In this document: one piece after another, positions 8,315 to 17,816 of the stretch | Layout: each line of letters starts with the position of its first letter | How positions within the stretch are numbered: the first letter of the stretch is position 1 | Virus record (IMG/VR): IMGVR_UViG_3300032050_000002 | Length of the DNA: 64,000 nucleotides | DNA from: a virus | Lineage: Duplodnaviria > Caudoviricetes | Reading direction: 5' to 3' (one strand) | Program-made: the position numbers and the translations under genes | Notes under the pieces: generated by a model | What the model was told of the DNA's origin: nothing | Database searches by the model: none | What the model saw: the letters and a program-made list of their open reading frames with translations, nothing else

Positions 8315-11089
8315 ATGATTAGTCAAGAAGAAATCAAATCCTTCTTAGAGGGTAATGACCCCGAAGAACACATTGTTGCGATAGAATTCGATTACGCAAC
8401 CGATTCCATTTATAAAATAAAAGAACCACCAGGACAAGGAAAGATTATCAAGAAAGATAATTTTACCGCATTTGCTTGGGTCGGAGACCTTAAAGGGATA
8501 AATTTTTATCAATCATCAAAAGCACTACAAAAAGAGGCTATGTCCAAATACGGAATTATGATTGAGAAACTTGAGACCAAAGGAAATAAAAGATTGGAAG
8601 ATGGTCTTAAATTTATGGTTAAATCTTTAAAAGGTTACCGTTCACTCATACAATTCTTCAGAGATGGTGGGGCAGACCCTTGGGGAGAAAGAACAAAAGA
8701 TTTAATAATGGTTCTACCTCCAGTAGAACAATATCTAATCCAAAAAGAAAAACGTTTATTTAAAGGATATGAAGAATACAACGACATCACAAGGTTTGTA
8801 TTTGACTTGGAGACGACCTCATTAGAACCAAAAGACGGTCGTATTTTTATGATTGGATTAAAAACAAATAAAGGATTTCAAAAAGTTATTGAATGTTCCG
8901 ATGAAGAGCAAGAAAGAGCGGGACTTGTTGAGTTCTTTAGAATTATAGATGAGATAAAACCAACAATCATTGGTGGTTATAACTCCGCAAATTTCGACTG
9001 GTATTGGATATTTGAAAGATGTAAGGCGTTACATTTGGATATTAAAAAGATATGTAGAACATTAAATCCGAACTACAATATTAAACAAAGTGAGAATTTA
9101 CTTAAACTCGCCAATGAGGTTGAGAAATATAATCAGGTTGGAATGTGGGGTTATAATGTTATTGATATTTTACATTCGGTTAGAAGAGCTCAAGCTATTA
9201 ACTCAAGTATTAAGTCAGCGGGTCTTAAATATATTACACAATATATTGAGGCAGAAGCACCTGACCGTGTTTATATTCCCCATGAAGATATTGGTGCAAT
9301 GTATCGTGATAAGAATGAGTATTGGTTAAACATTACAAACGGAAAATATAAAAGAGCGGATAAACCTGAGTTCGATAATTTAGATACAAGATTTCCTGGA
9401 ACATATATAAAAGTAACGGGGGATAATATTGTTGAGAGATATCTTGATGACGATTTGGAGGAAACCCTATTAGTCGATGATGAATTTAATCAAGGGACAT
9501 TCTTACTTGCGTCAATGGTACCAACAACTTACGAGAGAGTTTCTACTATGGGAACTGCGACTTTATGGAAGATGTTGATGTTAGCTTGGTCTTATAAATT
9601 CAAATTAGCAATTCCTAAAAAACAAGAAAAAGCGGACTTTGTAGGAGGATTATCAAGATTACTAAAAGTAGGATATTCAAAGTCAGTATTAAAACTAGAT
9701 TATTCTTCACTATACCCATCTATTCAATTAGTTCATGACGTGTTCCCTGATTGTGATGTTACAGGAGCAATGAAAGGAATGTTATCTTATTTCAGAAATA
9801 CTCGTATTATGTATAAGAACTTAGCGGGGGAATGGTATGAGAAAGATAAGAAAAAATCATTATCTTATGACCGTAAACAGTTACCTATTAAGATTTTCAT
9901 TAACTCAATGTTCGGGGCTTTATCAGCACCACAAGTATTTGCTTGGGGAGATATGTTTATGGGAGAACAGATTACTTGTACGGGAAGACAATATCTTAGA
10001 ATGATGATTAAGTTCTTTATGAAAAAAGGTTATACTCCGCTAGTAATGGACACCGATGGGGTCAATTTTTCAAAACCTGATGGAGTGGAGAATAGAGTTT
10101 ATATTGGTAAAGGTAATAATTGGAAAGTTAAAAAGGGTAAAGAGTATAAGGGTGATGATGCTGATGTTGCAGAATTTAACGATATGTTTATGAGAGGTGA
10201 GATGGCATTAGATACCGATGGAACTTGGCCTTCTTGTATTAATCTTGCTCGTAAAAACTACGCGGTTATGGACGCAAAAGGTAAAATCAAATTAACAGGT
10301 AATACAATTAAATCAAAAAAACTTCCACTATATATTGAAGACTTTTTAGATAAAGGAGTTAAATACTTGCTTGAGGGTAAAGGTCAGGAGTTTGTTGAGT
10401 GGTATTACGAATACCTATCCAAGATATACAATAAAGAAATCCCACTAATGAAAATCGCCCAAAGAGCGAAAGTAAAACTTAGTATGGATGATTATATCAA
10501 AAGGTCAAAACAAAAAACAAAGGCGGGTGGTGATATGTCGATGATGGCACATATGGAATTAGCAAGACAACATAAGTTAAATGTTAATTTGGGTGACGTT
10601 ATCTATTATGTAAATAACGGGACAAAGGCTTCAGAGGGGGATGTTCAGAAGATAACAAAAAAATTAACTAAGAAACAAATAACTGAACTTGAGGCAGCAG
10701 GTAAAAAAGTTCCTGAACCAACAAAAGAAATTCAAATTAATTGTTATATGTTAGATGCCAAAACATTAGAAAATAATCCAGGTATGACAGGTGATTATAA
10801 TGTTGCAAGAGCGGTAACAACATTTAATAAAAGGATTGAGCCATTACTTGTGGTATTTAAAGATGAAGTTAGAGATAGTTTACTTGTTGACAAACCTGAA
10901 GATAGAGGGTTATTTACAAAAGACCAATGTGAATTAATTAATGGACACCCATTTGAACCTGAAGACCAAGATTCTTTAGAAGAAGTTTTAAAATTATCTG
11001 AAGGGGAAGTTAAGTATTGGGAGAAAAGAGGTATTGACCCTAACTATATGTATGAATTGGCTGATGAAGGGTGGGAAGAATACATTTAA
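8315..11089 (+). CDS. polB: Family B DNA polymerase with 3'-5' exonuclease
   Basis: ExoI FDLETT, ExoII YNSANFD, ExoIII YLDDD, motif A DYSSLYPS, motif B KIFINSMFG, motif C MDTDG. Confidence 0.95.
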   Translation: MISQEEIKSFLEGNDPEEHIVAIEFDYATDSIYKIKEPPGQGKIIKKDNFTAFAWVGDLKGINFYQSSKALQKEAMSKYGIMIEKLETKGNKRLEDGLKFMVKSLKGYRSLIQFFRDGGADPWGERTKDLIMVLPPVEQYLIQKEKRLFKGYEEYNDITRFVFDLETTSLEPKDGRIFMIGLKTNKGFQKVIECSDEEQERAGLVEFFRIIDEIKPTIIGGYNSANFDWYWIFERCKALHLDIKKICRTLNPNYNIKQSENLLKLANEVEKYNQVGMWGYNVIDILHSVRRAQAINSSIKSAGLKYITQYIEAEAPDRVYIPHEDIGAMYRDKNEYWLNITNGKYKRADKPEFDNLDTRFPGTYIKVTGDNIVERYLDDDLEETLLVDDEFNQGTFLLASMVPTTYERVSTMGTATLWKMLMLAWSYKFKLAIPKKQEKADFVGGLSRLLKVGYSKSVLKLDYSSLYPSIQLVHDVFPDCDVTGAMKGMLSYFRNTRIMYKNLAGEWYEKDKKKSLSYDRKQLPIKIFINSMFGALSAPQVFAWGDMFMGEQITCTGRQYLRMMIKFFMKKGYTPLVMDTDGVNFSKPDGVENRVYIGKGNNWKVKKGKEYKGDDADVAEFNDMFMRGEMALDTDGTWPSCINLARKNYAVMDAKGKIKLTGNTIKSKKLPLYIEDFLDKGVKYLLEGKGQEFVEWYYEYLSKIYNKEIPLMKIAQRAKVKLSMDDYIKRSKQKTKAGGDMSMMAHMELARQHKLNVNLGDVIYYVNNGTKASEGDVQKITKKLTKKQITELEAAGKKVPEPTKEIQINCYMLDAKTLENNPGMTGDYNVARAVTTFNKRIEPLLVVFKDEVRDSLLVDKPEDRGLFTKDQCELINGHPFEPEDQDSLEEVLKLSEGEVKYWEKRGIDPNYMYELADEGWEEYI

Positions 11090-11469
11090 TCCAACTTAAT
11101 ACCATCGGACGAAATTATATACCAGTTGTTTTCAATTAAAACCATCTCAACACAAGCACCCTTACTTATATTAAGTTCATCATAGTACTCATCTATCTTT
11201 CCGATAGATGGGGTTATGGTAACGTTTGTTAATACTTTAATAATAAGGTGGTCGGATTTAGAATTGTCTAAAACTAAATTACAATGTTCGGCATTTTTGA
11301 TTAAAATTAAATCTTCACCATTTGTTTTATACGAAGATTCGGTTACGACTTTTTTTAAAAACTCAGGCACTAACGGAATAAGTTTCTCAAAATATTCAAT
11401 CTCTTTATGTTGTTTAATATTATAGGTTTTATCACCAATTTTTTTCCTAACCAATGTCGATTTTATCAT
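11086..11469 (-). CDS. Hypothetical protein, small beta-rich domain
   Basis: 127 aa, ATGA-coupled to the neck gene. VTITP..GKID...VEMVL..NNWYII resembles fibre-associated beta-sandwich repeats. Confidence 0.5.
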   Translation of the reverse strand: MIKSTLVRKKIGDKTYNIKQHKEIEYFEKLIPLVPEFLKKVVTESSYKTNGEDLILIKNAEHCNLVLDNSKSDHLIIKVLTNVTITPSIGKIDEYYDELNISKGACVEMVLIENNWYIISSDGIKLD

Positions 11470-12587
11470 ATTACATAAATTTGTCTTGGCATTGCGGTAA
11501 ATTTCTTTTGTTTGTTTAAGTTTTCCGCAAGTAACGCCTCACGCTCCATTACTTTTTCAGGTCTTAATCTTGTTAATCTACCCTCAGCACCTGTTAATTC
11601 CTCAATTAATTTAGTTTTTTCGTCTTTTGACTCAGTCGCTAAAGATTGGTAATCCATTGTTAATTCAGAATCAGGAGTTTTTAAATTACCGCTATATTTT
11701 CCTCTTACCTTTGATAAGGTTTCTTTACAATATGCAATAAACCATCTTCTAACCCATTGTTGTGCTGGGTTATTAAGGTCTGCCCAACTAATCTTTTCAA
11801 ACGGAACATCAGAAGGTAATCTAATAATATCAGGATTGTCCTTCAAACATTTATCTCTATCAGGACCATCAACCTCATAATACCAATACCAAACCTTACC
11901 TCTCATTAATGTAGAATTTCCAAAATCAAATTTACCACCTGGTACATTCATAAGGTGAATTGCCTTCTTTCCTTCAGGAAGTGCGGTAACTCTATATGTT
12001 AATTCTCCCGCAATAATTCTTCTTTGTATATTAATCTCTTGCATTCTTAATAACATATCAAAGGCAGGCATCATAAAATATGAGCCCGAATAACCAAACT
12101 GAGAATAACCAGCGGGTCCTCCCAAACCAACACCACCTAATGCTCCAAATGTCCAAGGGTCAAATAATAAATTATTTAACTCAGCCGGAGTAAACCATAA
12201 TAATTCATTTAATTCTCTACCGGCAGGAATTTCGTACATTTGTTGTCCTTTAACTAATTGTATGTAATCTTTTTTAAGAACAGAATCTCCTCCCGCTTGC
12301 AATCCAACAATTTTCGAATACGCGTAAGTATATCTTTGTTCGTAATCTAAACTTTTTGTGGTAAATGCTTTAGATAAAGATTGAGTATCTAAATTTAAAT
12401 TATAAAGTGATGTCCATTGAGATTCAATTAACCAATCTTGGACATATTGCGAATAATCGTCTATTGAGAATTCTAATAGAGTGTCCATTTGTTCATCCTC
12501 TAATTCAATAGACCTTAAAGGAGCACCTAATAAGTGTCTAACTTTACGATATAAATCGCTTCTTTCTGGTTCTGCAATGATTGACAT
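11466..12587 (-). CDS. Neck protein (T4 gp13-like head-tail adaptor)
   Basis: N-terminal RHLLGAPLRSIELEDEQMD and C-terminal WVRRWFIAYCKETLSKVRGKY pattern typical of gp13-like proteins. Confidence 0.7.
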   Translation of the reverse strand: MSIIAEPERSDLYRKVRHLLGAPLRSIELEDEQMDTLLEFSIDDYSQYVQDWLIESQWTSLYNLNLDTQSLSKAFTTKSLDYEQRYTYAYSKIVGLQAGGDSVLKKDYIQLVKGQQMYEIPAGRELNELLWFTPAELNNLLFDPWTFGALGGVGLGGPAGYSQFGYSGSYFMMPAFDMLLRMQEINIQRRIIAGELTYRVTALPEGKKAIHLMNVPGGKFDFGNSTLMRGKVWYWYYEVDGPDRDKCLKDNPDIIRLPSDVPFEKISWADLNNPAQQWVRRWFIAYCKETLSKVRGKYSGNLKTPDSELTMDYQSLATESKDEKTKLIEELTGAEGRLTRLRPEKVMEREALLAENLNKQKKFTAMPRQIYVI

Positions 12588-12611
12588 AATTGTGTTCTTT
12601 ATATATAAATA

Positions 12612-14132
12612 TCAATCTATCTTAAAAACTAAATCACTCTTATTTAAGACAAAATTTCCTTCAACAATTTCGGTATTTGAATTATCAAACACATATATTT
12701 TTTTTCTATTTGTGAATATTAACCAATCTGTTTCATATTCCTTAACTCCACCAGTTTCGATAAAATTAACTTTATCCCCGTCAAGTTTAATATCTTTAAA
12801 AGGTTTAACTTGAGCGGTCTTTTTACTTCCATTATAAATAATTTCACAATCAACTCCTTGTAATGTATCACTAAGATTACCAATACTAGCAATCTTTTTA
12901 ACATTATCGTTACCAAGTCTTTCTTTTAATTTTTTAACAACATAGTCTTCGTTAGTATCACCAAAACCACCTGTCTTTTTAACGGTATCCATTAACGATT
13001 TAAATGTTGATGATTCGGGATTAAAGATTCTATTTTTAAAATAAGTTATTGCGTTTAATAATCTTGTAAGTTGTTCATCATTGTTTTCAACATTAAAGGT
13101 TATTGGTCTTTTCTTCATTGTGAAAAGAACTTTATTTATGTCGTTAACTAAGATACAAAAACAGGTATAATTTGTATTAACTCTATTAAATATTGAACGA
13201 CCGGGTTCTCCCATAAAATCGTATAAACCTCTTAATGTCCCTGGAGCATATTCATTTCTTTTATAATAGTTGTCAGGAAACACCTCAGACAAAGTTTTCT
13301 CAATCCATTCGTTAAAATCTTTCTTAATATTTGGGTACTTGTTAAATAACTCTCTATAAAAAGAGTTTTCTCTTGTACTACATTTTTCATCCACCGATTC
13401 CGACAAAATAATTCTTCTAAAATAATTTTCGTTTAATGTTGTTTTGGTTTTCATTTCATACATTTTGTTAACAAATTCCCAATTAACAAAATCCCAAAAA
13501 CCTTTTATATATTCATCCCTTTTATTTTGGTATTTTAAATAATAAGCATGTTCCCATAAATCTAAACCTAGTAAAGGATAACCACCTCTTTTAATAACAT
13601 TCATTAGTGGGTTGTCTTGATTAGGAGTTGACATAATTTTTAATCTTCCCTTTTTGGTTAAAACAAGCCACACCCATCCTGAACCAAATCTTTTTTGTGC
13701 AACATCTTCAAACCTTGTTTTAAAGTTTTTAAACGATTCAAAATGTTTATTTATTTTATCAAGTAGTTTATCGGAAGGGTTTTGTTTTTTTGGGGATAAC
13801 ATCTTCCAAAATAAAGCGTGGTTAAAAGCTCCTCCCGCATTATTTCTAATAACTTTTGGAAATCTACTTATTGATTTTACAATTTGTTCAAGTTCTAAAT
13901 CACCATAGTCTTTTTTGGATAAAGCGTCATTCAATTTCTTAACATATCCTTTATAATGTTTGTTATAATGAATATCCATTGTTTCAGAATCAATGAATTG
14001 TTTTAAAGAAGAATAAGAATAAGGTAATTTTTCAATACCGATTTTTTTCATTTCGGTTAATAAGAAATTCTTACTTTCTGACTTTTGAATTTGTTCTAAT
14101 AAAACTGATGTCTTTTCTAATATACTTTTCAC
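12612..14132 (-). CDS. sodA: Mn/Fe superoxide dismutase fused to a C-terminal PD-(D/E)xK-like domain
   Basis: HYNKHYKGY, NNAGGAFNH, FGSGWVWL, PNQDNP, DLWEHAYY. All four metal ligands present (H55, H105, D191, H195). About 270 extra C-terminal residues. GTG start at 14132; alternative ATG at 14051. Confidence 0.9.
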   Translation of the reverse strand: MKSILEKTSVLLEQIQKSESKNFLLTEMKKIGIEKLPYSYSSLKQFIDSETMDIHYNKHYKGYVKKLNDALSKKDYGDLELEQIVKSISRFPKVIRNNAGGAFNHALFWKMLSPKKQNPSDKLLDKINKHFESFKNFKTRFEDVAQKRFGSGWVWLVLTKKGRLKIMSTPNQDNPLMNVIKRGGYPLLGLDLWEHAYYLKYQNKRDEYIKGFWDFVNWEFVNKMYEMKTKTTLNENYFRRIILSESVDEKCSTRENSFYRELFNKYPNIKKDFNEWIEKTLSEVFPDNYYKRNEYAPGTLRGLYDFMGEPGRSIFNRVNTNYTCFCILVNDINKVLFTMKKRPITFNVENNDEQLTRLLNAITYFKNRIFNPESSTFKSLMDTVKKTGGFGDTNEDYVVKKLKERLGNDNVKKIASIGNLSDTLQGVDCEIIYNGSKKTAQVKPFKDIKLDGDKVNFIETGGVKEYETDWLIFTNRKKIYVFDNSNTEIVEGNFVLNKSDLVFKID

Positions 14133-14155
14133 AAATATTTATTTTATAATAAATA

Positions 14156-15919
14156 TTATGTTATTGAATTAATTTTATTCATAATCTGTTCTACGATATC
14201 ACCTTTATCTAAATTGTCACCCATTACAGTTTCAATTACAGATTTCTTTGAGTTTACAATATCATATATTGACCCCTCAATAGTATTTTCAAATATTGGG
14301 TAATAAACAAGGACATTATTTTTTTGACCATATCTATACGCTCTATCTTCGGCTTGAGATAAATCACCAGGAACAAATGATAGGTCATTAATGATTACCG
14401 ATTCCGCCGCGGTTAATGTTAACCCAACTCCTGCCGCCTTAACGTTACCAACAAATACTTTTATTTTATCGTTTTCTTGGAATTGGTCAACCGCATATTG
14501 TCTTTGTGGTTTAGAAGAACTTCCGTCTAATCTTACCGCTTGTTTACCAAAGTGGTCGGCAATACGATTTAAAGTATCTGTAAAGTTTGTGAATATGATA
14601 ACTTTCTTTTCTTGGTCAATTATGTTTTGAGCAAGTTCAATAGTATGTTCTATTTTTTCTTCAGCAATTACTTGTCTTACTTTCATAAGTTTTGTAAACT
14701 GAATTGTTAGCGATTTTGATTCCTCACCCTTTGTTCTATACCAATCAAAGTATTCTCCCATTAACCCTTCATATAATTTAGACCTCAACCTTAAATAAAC
14801 GGGGGTAATAATCTTTTCAGGTAAATCCAATACTTCCGTTTTCAATCTTCTTAATACTTGTTTTGAAGTTCTATCTCTTAGTTCTTCTAAGTTAGACGCT
14901 CCTGATACATTCCAAATCTTTCTGTTACCGGCTTTAAATTGATACCCTTGACAATATCTGATAGCGTAAGCCATCCAATTCTGAGCAACAGGACTTTCAA
15001 TTAGTTGAAGTAAATTGAAATAATTCATTGGTCTGTTTGTCATTGGTGTTCCTGTTAATAACCAAAGAGTATCGGCTTTTTTAGAAAAATGATTTACGAG
15101 TTTTGTTCTTTGAGCTTGGCCATTTTGAATGTAATGAGCCTCATCAATTATAATAAGTTCAGGTTTAAACTTACCAATAAATGAATTATCTTTATCTTTT
15201 AAATCATAAAAGTTTTTAAGGATATCGTAATTAGTAATTACAAAATCGTGTTCTAATGAAAAGTTTTTACCCTCACAAATAAAAATACTTCTGTCCGTAT
15301 AGTTTCTAATCTCCCTTTCCCAATTAATCTTTAAAGATGCGGGACAGATAATTAAGACTTTTTTAGCATTTGTTTCTAAAGCGGCGATAGTCGCTGAGGT
15401 AGTTTTACCAACACCCATATCATCCGCCAATATAAATCTTTTAGAACCAACCAATTTTTCTATCGCCTCTTTTTGATGATTTAAGGGTGGTCTATGAGAA
15501 TATTTAAAGTAGTCAATTTCGACCACTTTAGTTGTGTGAGTTTTTAGTAAGGCTCCTTTGGGTAACCAAAAATCGTGTATTGTTTCACCCGAAAAAACTT
15601 TACCCCAAATATGATAGGATTTTTCTTTTTCTGATAATAACTTCTCAACCCAAACTTCAGTTGGTATTTCAGTATATAATTTCTCATCGGCAATTTTCTT
15701 TGCGAAGTATGGGTCTAAATCGACCCACTTCTTAGCAACCCTTGGTGTTTTGTTGTGATTGTTAATTATATATTCTGATTGTGAACGAGTGGGATAAAAC
15801 TTTTTGTTAGTATCTTTTTGGTGTTTTAATTTTAATATAAAATTATTTGCACCATCATATGAATCCAATAAAGATAATGCGGTGTGTTCGATAAGATTAT
15901 TTGTCAGACCTGAAGTCAC
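14156..15919 (-). CDS. SNF2/SWI2-family helicase/translocase
   Basis: LADDMGVGKT, IIDEAH, LLTGTP, GVGLTLTAA, QAEDRAYRYGQ. Confidence 0.9.
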   Translation of the reverse strand: MTSGLTNNLIEHTALSLLDSYDGANNFILKLKHQKDTNKKFYPTRSQSEYIINNHNKTPRVAKKWVDLDPYFAKKIADEKLYTEIPTEVWVEKLLSEKEKSYHIWGKVFSGETIHDFWLPKGALLKTHTTKVVEIDYFKYSHRPPLNHQKEAIEKLVGSKRFILADDMGVGKTTSATIAALETNAKKVLIICPASLKINWEREIRNYTDRSIFICEGKNFSLEHDFVITNYDILKNFYDLKDKDNSFIGKFKPELIIIDEAHYIQNGQAQRTKLVNHFSKKADTLWLLTGTPMTNRPMNYFNLLQLIESPVAQNWMAYAIRYCQGYQFKAGNRKIWNVSGASNLEELRDRTSKQVLRRLKTEVLDLPEKIITPVYLRLRSKLYEGLMGEYFDWYRTKGEESKSLTIQFTKLMKVRQVIAEEKIEHTIELAQNIIDQEKKVIIFTNFTDTLNRIADHFGKQAVRLDGSSSKPQRQYAVDQFQENDKIKVFVGNVKAAGVGLTLTAAESVIINDLSFVPGDLSQAEDRAYRYGQKNNVLVYYPIFENTIEGSIYDIVNSKKSVIETVMGDNLDKGDIVEQIMNKINSIT

Positions 15920-15957
15920 AATATTTTAATAAACTTAATTAAAACAATAATAAGAAG

Positions 15958-15969
15958 TATTTATAAATA
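15958..15969. promoter_or_regulatory. Palindromic TATTTATAAATA between divergent genes
   Basis: Perfect 12-nt palindrome giving TATTTATA on both strands between the SNF2 start (15919, minus) and the neck gene start (15969, plus). Confidence 0.5.
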
Positions 15970-16484
15970 TGTCAAATAATAAAATTCCAATAACGAGATT
16001 GGGCAAATTTTTTGGTCGAGAAGATTTCGATTTAGACTTATCAATGGGGGAAGAGTGGTTACACGGGGATATGAATTTTACTTTGGTATTATACAGAGTA
16101 GATAGAATGAAGACAAAAACCGATGATGTGTATGGTGAGACCGTAGAAGATGGTATTAAGTTTTTACCACCTGTTGAGTTTAAAGGTTATGTTCAAATTA
16201 TGTCACCCGAAAACAAAAATCTTGGTAATAGCAAAATAAATCAATTTGAACCAGGTAATTTAAAAGTTTCTGTTTATCAAAAACATTTGGATGAATTGGG
16301 TATCGACATTAATTTTGGAGATTATATTGGATATTATGAAACTGAGAGTAGGGTTAGATATTATACCGTAAATAACGATGGTAGAGTTGTGTCTGACAAT
16401 AAACATAATTACGCGGGAACAAGACCTTATTATAGAACAATAATGGCTTCTGCGGTTGTTAATAACGAATTTAGAGGATTATAA
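15969..16484 (+). CDS. Head closure / neck protein (T4 gp14-like)
   Basis: 171 aa with VLYRVD...DDVYGE...PPVEFKGYV...GDYIGY pattern. Sits directly before the tail terminator gene. Confidence 0.55.
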   Translation: MSNNKIPITRLGKFFGREDFDLDLSMGEEWLHGDMNFTLVLYRVDRMKTKTDDVYGETVEDGIKFLPPVEFKGYVQIMSPENKNLGNSKINQFEPGNLKVSVYQKHLDELGIDINFGDYIGYYETESRVRYYTVNNDGRVVSDNKHNYAGTRPYYRTIMASAVVNNEFRGL

Positions 16485-16488
16485 AATA

Positions 16489-17532
16489 ATGCCGTTACCT
16501 AAAAAAATAAAAAAAAATATACCTTTAACCGAATCTAAAATTCTTTTAGAAAGAAGACAGGAATTGGTTGATATGATTAATAAAGATGGTACTTATTTAC
16601 CTAAGAGTTTATTACATGCTGATTTGGATGGTGGGTTTTTAGATTTTGTTAAAAATGATTTAAAATTAGTTGTTACAGGTAAACTTGTACCAACCGTTGA
16701 TGTTATTATAACAACCCAAAATTGGGCTCAATTTACGGAGACTTGGAATTTTCAAAATTTAGATAAAAATACTGAACCTCCTTTTGTCACAATAGTTAGA
16801 AATCCTGAAGTAAAATACGGAAGTAATCCTTTAATTTACACAATACCAAATAGAAGACAATATTTTTATGCTCAAGTTCCGACTTGGGATGGTCAAAGAG
16901 CGGGAATGGATATATATAAAATACCTCAACCAGTCCCAATAGATATAACATATTCTGTCAAAATAGTTTGTAACAGAATGAGAGAATTAAATAAATTTAA
17001 CCAAATTGTTTTAGAAAAATTTTCATCTAGACAAGCATATGCGAATATAAAGGGTCATTATATACCTATTTTAATGAACAACATTTCAGATGAATCTGTA
17101 ATGGATGTCGAAAAAAGAAAATATTATATTCAAAGTTATGAGTTCACTATGTTAGGGTTTTTAATAGATGAAGATGAGTTTGAAGTTTCGCCAGCGGTAA
17201 CAAGAATATTACAGATTTATGAATTTGATAAAAAATCTTTAAAACGAAGTAAACGAAATGAAAATGAAGAAAAACCAACAACTATTAATTTTCTTTTTGT
17301 TGTCGGTAATAATATTTTAACGGAAAAATTTAACTATACATCAAATATAAAAGTGGGTAACACTACTAATTTAAATTTATTAAATGGGTATTCTGTTTAT
17401 ATAAATAACAATTATTATGGTGACGATGTTACTGAAATACAAATAAACACTAATGATGTTCTAAAAATAGAAGTTAATAAACAAGATATTAATTTAGAGT
17501 CTAATATAGAATTATTTATAGAATATATTTAA
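16489..17532 (+). CDS. Tail terminator / sheath stabiliser (T4 gp15-like)
   Basis: PQPVPIDITYSVKI...ELNKFNQIVLEKF resembles gp15. Start moved from 16456 to the ATG at 16489, just after the upstream stop. Confidence 0.65.
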   Translation: MPLPKKIKKNIPLTESKILLERRQELVDMINKDGTYLPKSLLHADLDGGFLDFVKNDLKLVVTGKLVPTVDVIITTQNWAQFTETWNFQNLDKNTEPPFVTIVRNPEVKYGSNPLIYTIPNRRQYFYAQVPTWDGQRAGMDIYKIPQPVPIDITYSVKIVCNRMRELNKFNQIVLEKFSSRQAYANIKGHYIPILMNNISDESVMDVEKRKYYIQSYEFTMLGFLIDEDEFEVSPAVTRILQIYEFDKKSLKRSKRNENEEKPTTINFLFVVGNNILTEKFNYTSNIKVGNTTNLNLLNGYSVYINNNYYGDDVTEIQINTNDVLKIEVNKQDINLESNIELFIEYI

Positions 17533-17693
17533 CTTTCACCATAAATATCTTTTTTTTCTTTACACTTTTCAACTATAAGTTTTTCTAAAAACCTATACAT
17601 TTTAATACCGTTTTTATCACAATACTTTTTTAGTAAGTCATGAACCTCAATGGATATCTTTAAATTCTTTATTTTTTTATTACTGGTCGACAT
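17529..17693 (-). CDS. Ribbon-helix-helix DNA-binding protein (not in ORF track)
   Basis: Hand translation, 54 aa: MSTSNKKIKNLKISIEVHDLLKKYCDKNGIKMYRFLEKLIVEKCKEKKDIYGES. Minus-strand TATTTATA at 17728-17735 lies upstream. Confidence 0.7.
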   Translation of the reverse strand: MSTSNKKIKNLKISIEVHDLLKKYCDKNGIKMYRFLEKLIVEKCKEKKDIYGES

Positions 17694-17816
17694 AAGATAA
17701 TAAAGGCAGAATTTATTCTACCTAATTTATAAATACTATGAATAAAGTAAAGAACTTTGTTATTTTTTGTAATATTTATCTATAATAAATAAAAAAAATA
17801 AAATTAAAAAAGAATA

